DNA of 64,000 bases, taken from contig OX597825.1 of NCBI GenBank assembly GCA_951406725.2, forward strand, positions 4,402,001-4,466,000, in the 5' to 3' direction. The position numbers and the translations under genes are program-made. This DNA is from Octopus vulgaris. Taxonomy: Eukaryota. A model generated the notes under the pieces. The model was not told where the DNA came from. It was given only the letters and a program-made list of their open reading frames with translations, and did no database searches. The stretch's first letter is position 1. Each line of letters starts with the position of its first letter. Shown one piece after another: positions 55,671 through 64,000 of the stretch.

Positions 55671-56324
55671 GTCAATTATTAAAATTATAATTTTGCGTGT
55701 GTCTGTTTGAAACTCGTGCGTTTGACCTTGACTTTAGAGATAATGTGATCTGACATAAATCTTTACGGATTTGCAATATCCTGTTCGACTCGGTTTGGCG
55801 ATGGAAGTTAATAAATTTTGAATATACCTCGACTTCCATTTTCGTCATGAATGGATATTAAATTTAGATACACTTTTACTATCCATCTATATAGTTCTGA
55901 TCACTTGATGCACTACCTACTATTTTGTAAATTACAACTAACGATTGGCCTTATTTGCATATTCTCGCAGCTTCTCCACGCCCTTGAAATATAACATATT
56001 TCAATTAATTAGTACACAAATTTTGTTATTCATTCTGTCTCATTTGTTTAAATGTTTATCAATCACATTTCATCCTCAATATTTAAGAAATCATTAACAT
56101 CAACAACGAGAAATGAGAGAAAGGCACACAACAGCAGTGAACAAACATCTTTTGCATATTTGTTGATATAAAACAGTATTAATTCTTCTGAGAGTGTGAC
56201 AATTATCAGGAACGGTCGAGTCAAACATCGATGTAATGTGTAACTACGGATAATTTTAGTCACCTAATTGTAAAACTGTAGTGTACAAGAGAAATACATT
56301 CAATTTTATATTTTAAGATTGGTC

Positions 56325-56462
56325 GACTTCAAATATTCAGATCGGTCGATTTTGCTTTCAATCCGTTTGGGGACGATAGAATGTGTACCGCTTAGACACT
56401 GAGGTCAATCAAATCAACACTCCTCGAAAGACGCGCAAAAAAAAAGTTGTCATATTTGAAAT
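56325..56462 (+). mobile_element. SINE family B fragment
   Basis: TTCAAAT...GGTCGATTTTGCTTTCAATCCGTTTGGGGACGATAGAATGTGTACC. Confidence 0.65.
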
Positions 56463-56785
56463 TAAACTTCTACACATAAAAATTAGAACAAGTGGTTTGA
56501 TTCATAATAACGTTCACAAGTAACGTTAACACTTTTCTTTCAAAATGCTGTATATTTTAAACTGAACACCCGCCTTAAAGAACACATAAAGGACATAGTG
56601 GTTAAAATATACGTGAAAACACATAGAGAAATATATTTTAAACGCATATATACATACGCACATATATACATATATACATACTTACATGCCTGTATGTGCG
56701 TATGTGTGTGTGTGCTATGGATAGAGATTTATATAAAGTGACGTATGTATATATATATATACATGCCCCCCCCACACACACACAC

Positions 56786-56817
<32 letters not shown>

Positions 56818-56937
56818 TACATCACGAAAAATAATTCGTAGGATTGCATAATGAACAAATTAATAGACTTATCCACTTTTTGTAGGTAGGCTTTTTTTAA
56901 TATATATATAATGTACCAAACACTAGTTTAAAATATT

Positions 56938-57141
56938 GGTACAAGGTTAGCAATTATGGGGGAGGTGATGGTCAATAGAATACATTCACCCATGTATTTA
57001 CCTGGTACACATTTTATCGACCCTGATAATGTTGAAAGGCAAAATCAACCTTAGCAGAATTTGAACTCAGAACGTAAATACGGATGAAATACCGCTTAGC
57101 ATTTTGTTCGGCATACAAACGATTCTGCCAGCTTGCCGCCT
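56938..57141 (-). mobile_element. SINE family B
   Basis: CTGGTACACATTTTATCGACCC...GAAAGGCAAAATCAACC...GAATTTGAACTCAGAACG...TTCTGCCAGCTTGCCGCCT. Confidence 0.85.
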
Positions 57142-58313
57142 CTGTTGTCCCAAATACTGAGACGTATATAAAATCGCAAACACCCAAGTTCTGTAATATA
57201 GTTAGTAATAATAATTCCCAAGCTTACCTATACGTATTGATCCTATCCTCATCATACAGAAGGTTTGCAAATAAAATAAAAACAAGAACTCAAAATAGTC
57301 TATTTTCAACAATAGAAGATTAAAGATAAATAAATTTTAAAACTACTGTATTTATCAACTTGATAAAATCTATTTAAACTAATGCCCAAAACCTATTTAT
57401 AAACAGCGTCTTTAATCTCGATGATTTATAAATGGTAAATTTTCGGAGATATATAAAGAGAAATAATCACACTATCACATTCTTAGAAATGTTACTTTCA
57501 TTGAATGTCGTCAATGGAAGACATTTTAACTATGATTTCTGAGTTTCAAAGCTCAACACACAACAGACTCTATTAAATTAATTGAAATTGGTGGATGTCT
57601 TAACTAAACAATCTGCTACATTTCTAACTCAACCGCGTAAAAAAAAAAAAGGCAAGCTTTCGTAACATTTCCCATTACGATAATTAAACTTGTTGAAACA
57701 AGAATAAATATTTCTGATGCGTCTCTATTGTATTCTTATAACTCCTATCACAGAGAAAACTTTATTTACCATGTGATGTATATATATATAAATGTGTGTG
57801 TGTGTGAAACTCTCTATCAATCTATCTATCTAATATATATATATATATATGTATGTATGTATATGTATATATGTATATATATGTATATATATATGCATAT
57901 ATATATAAATAAATATATATATATATATATATGTATATAAATGTATATATATATATGCATATATATATATATACATTATATGTATTATGTATATACATAG
58001 AGAGAGAGTGTGAGAGAGAGAAATGTAGCGTATAAATTCTGATAAATATCCATTTTGTTTTCGCGGTGGAAAATAAACTACATTGTTTCATTATATATGC
58101 CTTTCTATGCAAATGTCTATAATATATAGTGTAAATAACATAATGTATGATATAAAGTGTAATATAAATATTATATAACATAAATTAACATGTTTTAACA
58201 ATACTTTTGTTGAGAGAATGGCTATGATGAAGATGATGATGATGATGATGATGATGATGAGGATGATGATGATGATGAGGTTGATGATATATGTGCATAT
58301 GTGTGTGCGTGTA

Positions 58314-59010
58314 TATGAGGGTGGGATGAAAGGTTTATAGACTGACTATGAACGAGTCATGCTGTAGCTGTGAACGTTTGCATGCATTGATTTCAACTCT
58401 ACATCTTAATAACCATATTAGGCTTTTGCAGGTAAACAGACATCTGTTCAAAGAAGAATTCGAATGTAATTAGCTGCGACTTCTCATCAAAATGGGCACA
58501 ATGTGGGATCCTGGTGATAGCAGGTAACTGTTAGAAAAAGGTTTGCCCCCCAAAAACATTCATGCTGACATAGCTGCTACCTTAGGGGATGACGCTCCAA
58601 CATTATCCTCAGTGCAAAAGTGGGCCGCTGAATTTAAGTTAGGAAGGGAGAGCCTTGAAGATGACCCGTGGTCTGGACGTCCTGCTCAGGCCACTAACGG
58701 GGAAAACATTAATCATGTCCACCACATGGTGATGGATGAAGGGAGACTGACTATAAATCAAATAGGCAATGCTATTAGCATAACCTGTGAGAGAGTGGAG
58801 AATATTCCGCACATTGAAGTTGGCACGACGAAGATTTCTGATCTGTGGGAGATACGGCTCCTGACACCTGATCAAAATCGCACCAGGCTAATCAATGATT
58901 AGTAATTATGTCACATCTGACATTGTTTCCGGCAGATCCACTTGTTCTCATCGAACGTTTCCTAACCCAGTGGAAGTACTTCGTTCATCATTTTGAGCCA
59001 AACGGAAACA
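58314..59010 (+). mobile_element. Mariner transposon 5' relic (irritans/Himar-like)
   Basis: TIR-like TATGAGGGTGGGATGAAAGGTT. ORF 58543-58902 has VQKWAAEFKLGRESLEDDPWSGRP and WEIRLL (WVPRLL), followed by RFLTQWKYFVHHFEP (~RFVTGDETWVHHYDP). Truncated in the catalytic domain. Confidence 0.88.
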
Positions 59011-60792
59011 TCTACGGTTTGATAGAGAGATAAAAGCACAATTTGAGTTTTAATTTAATTGTTCCATTCATATAACCTTTTCTAACTTTCTCTACGTGGT
59101 AGCTCGAGTTGTTATACATGTCAGCCAATTCTTCATTAAACGATTGCGACAGTTTTGTAGATAAAAAGTCATATTCGATAATACGCTCGTAACTACTTCT
59201 AAGAATTCGTCTTTGATCATACAACGTTTTACTCCTTGTTAATTTGAATCGAAAAAAAAAAAACAAAGTAACCACAGAATATTGTATCTGTTTTGGTTTG
59301 TCTCTTTCAATGTTACCAAATGATTAGAAATATCGAGAGATGCCAAATATTGAATCGATGTAGTTTCTTGACCGATGTCATGTGTCGGTGTACAAAGTTT
59401 ATTTAATTGGATATAAATTTTAATTACTTTAAATTAGGAACATGTGTGTGTGTGTGTGTTCATTTGAGTGTGTACGTACATACTTGTGTATATGCCAGTA
59501 TGTGTGAGAGTCTGCGTATATATGTAATGCATATATATATATATACATATTCTCTGTATCTCTCAAACTGAGAACTTAGATACCAATGCTGCAAGCATAT
59601 CTTGTGCCCCACTTGTCACTCCCCTTAAGTCAGATATGAAAATACGAACTATATAGAGCTGAGAATCCTTAGATCAACACCTTCTGGAAGATTCTCTAGG
59701 CATTACTTTTTCGCCAGCTTTTAATAGCATTTTTCTACGAAATTTCGATAAGTATCGTAAAAAATGATTGCCTTAAATGATTTTTCTGCTAAATTATATC
59801 TTTCATTATATCATTGTATGTATATCCGAGTTATTCATTATAATCATAACCTTTCACTCGAATTTCATAAACGAAAATACAGACGTACGCCCCCCCCATT
59901 CAAAAACGAAATAAAGGAGGGTCAAAACGACCAATTATTCCGGTCCAGTCTCTTTGAGCAGGAAGCAGAGATGGATTCTTAAACTAGCAACACAATCTGC
60001 ATACAAAGCCTAAAGGTAGATATCATTTAAGACCTTCACAAAAACCTTTTGCGAACGTATGAAAAGACATATACGTAACTTGAAAATAAAGATTGTGACA
60101 TGAGGTGAAGCGTGTGAAGTTTAATGAATGAAAGACATACATCCTTGCAACCAAATCTCGTTCGAAATGCAAAGGTAAAAACCTGGGCATTAAAATATGC
60201 GTAATTCGTCTGCGAAGTTGAAAATATACAACTCTCCATCATTGTATTTGGACTGATACACAAATAATATTCAATCATTTATTTTAAAATACTAATTACC
60301 TTAAATGACGAGAGTTATTGTCTTAAATACATCGATCTTTGATATGTTAGTCAGTTTTGCAACAACTTATTTCAATTGCAATATTTTTCTTTAATATGTT
60401 AATAGATTTACTTAGAAAAATTGCAACTGAATATAAGAGAGTTAAATTTATCGTTCATTACTTCATTGAGAGGGAGTAAAATACTAAAATATCACTACAT
60501 ACTTCCTTAAAACATTACAATTTCTATCAATATTTCTTTGCAAACTAATCGGCAAATCGTGTTTCAGCGTTCCACTAAATCGCTTCATATTTTTTTCATT
60601 CCTTCCTCTAAAACAAAGAAATAAATAAACTAGTTTCCAGAATCAGACTTTCATATAAGGGAAATTCATCTTTGAGATATAATTAATATCTATCTATCTA
60701 TGTATATACCTATCTTTCTCTCTGTATATGTATATATATATATGCGTGTGTGTATATGTAGATATATGTGTATGCATATATTTATGTGTATC

Positions 60793-60850
<58 letters not shown>

Positions 60851-61333
60851 CATATATATTAATATATGCGTGTATGTACATATATGGATATGCATATATG
60901 TACGCATGAATTTCGGTGATTATATTTTCCCTTCATATATAAAAAATATAAGTGTTTTGGTTTATTCTTCTATTCACCAAAGTGCATGAAATTCTTTTAT
61001 TTTTATTTTCAAATTCAATCTTCAATATCTGGAAAAATTGATCTCTTTTTCATCCAACTTAGAAGAATTTTATTGCTATATATATATTTTATGTATACCT
61101 ATTATCACAGGGTACACTACAGTGGAGATGAGATATGTTGTTGATCTTCGTATTTTAATTTAGTTTATCGTTTTCCCATATTGATTCACGACGTATTTAT
61201 CACATGATCAGTGGAAGATCCAGTAGTAACGATTTACTATTATATATATATATATACATACATATATGTATGTAATGTGTATATGTACGTATATGTGAAC
61301 GTATATGTGTGCATGTATACATTTATATACGTT

Positions 61334-61405
<72 letters not shown>

Positions 61406-61779
61406 GTGTACACATAAATACACATATATCCTTTATTATTTAAGATATGGAAGTTTTAGATTCTAAATAAGATTCATACTTTAAGGAATAGGATGACTAG
61501 AAAAGTTTTATTGGTCATTCGTCCATAAATTATGCATTTAGAAATGCAAATGTATATATATATATGCGCGTGTGTGTGTATATTGTGTGTGCGTGTGTGT
61601 GTTCGTATGTTCGTTTAGCAAGTGTTGAATTCTTCAGCATGTATATGTGTTTCTGTATGAATTTCACACACAGGCATGCGCACACACATACGCATACACA
61701 TATACACACAGACAAACACACACATATATAGATTTTTACTTATACATATTTACGTATGATTTTATAAAGATATGTACTT

Positions 61780-61837
<58 letters not shown>

Positions 61838-62116
61838 ACATATTATGTATCTATAGAGATCGTGAACATATGAGTATTTTTTTGTGAATGCGTGTGCATA
61901 TGTGACCGAGCAGGCCATGTGTGGAAGCGTATACGAATGGAGGCCAATGCGGAAGACCACAGTGAGATTATATTATTATATTATATGCAATTTAAAAAAT
62001 ATGATTGCAACTCATGTACGAGTATATGTCTATGTGTGTACACTCACATACACCTATACACTTATCTAGATACGCACCTATTTTAGTATGCGTTTGTGTA
62101 CATATTTTTATATGGT

Positions 62117-62218
<102 letters not shown>

Positions 62219-63911
62219 TCATATTCACAAGCTTTCATGCGTAAGATTAGTCGTCAATAATTTTAAAATTGCAGTATTTTCGTAACCCATATTATTTCTA
62301 TTTCTTGCAAATTATCGGCAGCAAATTCCGATAATAGCAGAACCATATTGAAATAAGCATAAAAAAATTGAAACACTTAAGTATTTTCTCAAAAAATTAT
62401 ATGTAGAGCTTACTTTTATTGTCGTTCTGTGTTTCTGTATGTAAGGTCCTAGTACATAAACACTATGTGAATAGAATAATTGCTCTGTAGACGAGAATTG
62501 CTTATTTAATAACGTAGAATATACATGTTGAGTTAACTCTCCCCACTGCTTCTAGTAAACCCTATACATGTTTAACAACTAGTATGTTTAAGGTGTAGCA
62601 TAACACTCGCTGACATTCTTTTCGACTGCGCGTTCTCATGAATAGAACTCCGATTTCAACTGCTACAAAACTATCCGGTATGTCACCGATAAGCAAATTA
62701 CAACAACGAGAATATCTTAAAACTTTAATTGAATACCCTCCGATTTATATGTAACGAAAGCAATGACATTGCTTCTTGCTAAGGATGAAACCTGAGAGGG
62801 ATAACAATATTAATGTTAAATCAATATTAACTTAATTAACTTCATGACTTTTATAATAATAGGGCACAGAAAGTGTGTCAATAGTCAGCTGGAGGAGGTG
62901 TCCTCCTGGGGCTACAAGCTACAGTAGCATAAGTGGCAAATATACTTTACGATATCGTGCAGCTACTGTTTATACCTCGCTCCGAGATTTATTATTAATT
63001 TTTATCTTGATATCATAATAAATATTTTCTAAATTTATCCCTATAATTATATGAGTATCCTCTCTTTATACTAAAACTATCTAGCAACTATTTCCTAATG
63101 TCTGAATAAATCTTGTTTCTCATCTTCGAAAATGGTTTCACTAATTTATATTGATTTTATTCTCGTTGTCTTCCATACTTTCTATAAACTTGCAAAAAAT
63201 ATTTACTTATATCTTCAGATTTCCAATTTCTTTTCATTTGCTATTGTTCATATCTTCTTGTTCATATCAATCCGTATATTTCGTAAATATTGTCTTTAAA
63301 TACATCTATTTACTTTCAGTTACTTAGTATCCTTTTCCCTATTTTTTACGATACTTTATTTTCTAGATTTTTAGTAATAAATGTATCACATTTCTTTTAG
63401 TGTACTAATATCTACTAGTTACTTTTTAATTATATGACTAACATTTCCTTCCATTTATTAGGCAATCGTCTTATTATTTTATATCTATTTTATTTTTATT
63501 GTTTTCCATAATATTTTCAATATTCACTTTGCCTTCTATCGTTACACCGAGAGTTTAGTATTTAACAAAAAAATTTCTTTCACCTGAGGATGTAACTTAA
63601 ATTTTGCATTATTTTGAAAGATTTTATGCATTTTACATTGAAGTAATAAAATAAGCTATTTCTTATTAAATATATTAATATAACTTATTTATACGGTTTT
63701 AAGTTACGAAACAATTTGTCGTTATATTTGAATTTTCTTATTGTTACATAAAATTTCATCGAACTCTTTTGCTCTCACTTATGATTTTTACACCCTCCTT
63801 ATTATCTCTTCCATCGTTTTGTATATTCTATACGTTTTGTAGAATGATACGTTAAGGATATTTTTTATGAGTTCTGCTGGATTACTTGCATCCATATCTT
63901 GTTTCTACAAT

Positions 63912-63979
<68 letters not shown>

Positions 63980-64000
63980 ATACTTCGTTATTACAGCTAC

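Noticed and set aside
58543-58902. SETMAR-like host gene
   Set aside because: Only a truncated mariner transposase with stops and a TIR; no SET domain.

Overview
AT-rich, microsatellite-saturated eukaryotic non-coding DNA. The SINE families, the (TA)n/(CA)n/(GATA)n load and the transposon content resemble an octopus/cephalopod genome; this is an inference from recognition, not a database result. No intact host protein-coding gene can be supported, and almost all listed ORFs are microsatellite translations. Recognisable content: a full-length but inactivated IR/DR-type Tc1 element (1365-2988), two mariner relics, a third Tc1/mariner-superfamily relic, a hAT (Buster-like) MITE nested in a CR1-like LINE fragment, about 20 copies of three tRNA-derived SINE families, and several degraded retroelement fragments. 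The most interesting signal is a dispersed set of about 8-10 type-I hammerhead-ribozyme-like motifs (CTGANGA...GAAA, short or palindromic stem III). They belong to several unrelated short repeat families, and one pair sits in degenerate direct repeats about 283 bp apart, a retrozyme or Penelope pseudo-LTR-like arrangement. Other notable structures are a 674-bp inverted copy of nearby DNA inserted exactly inside a SINE tail, palindromes associated with (TA)n tracts, and an apparently age-ordered head-to-tail SINE stack next to an (ATT)n array. Coordinates of degraded elements are approximate.
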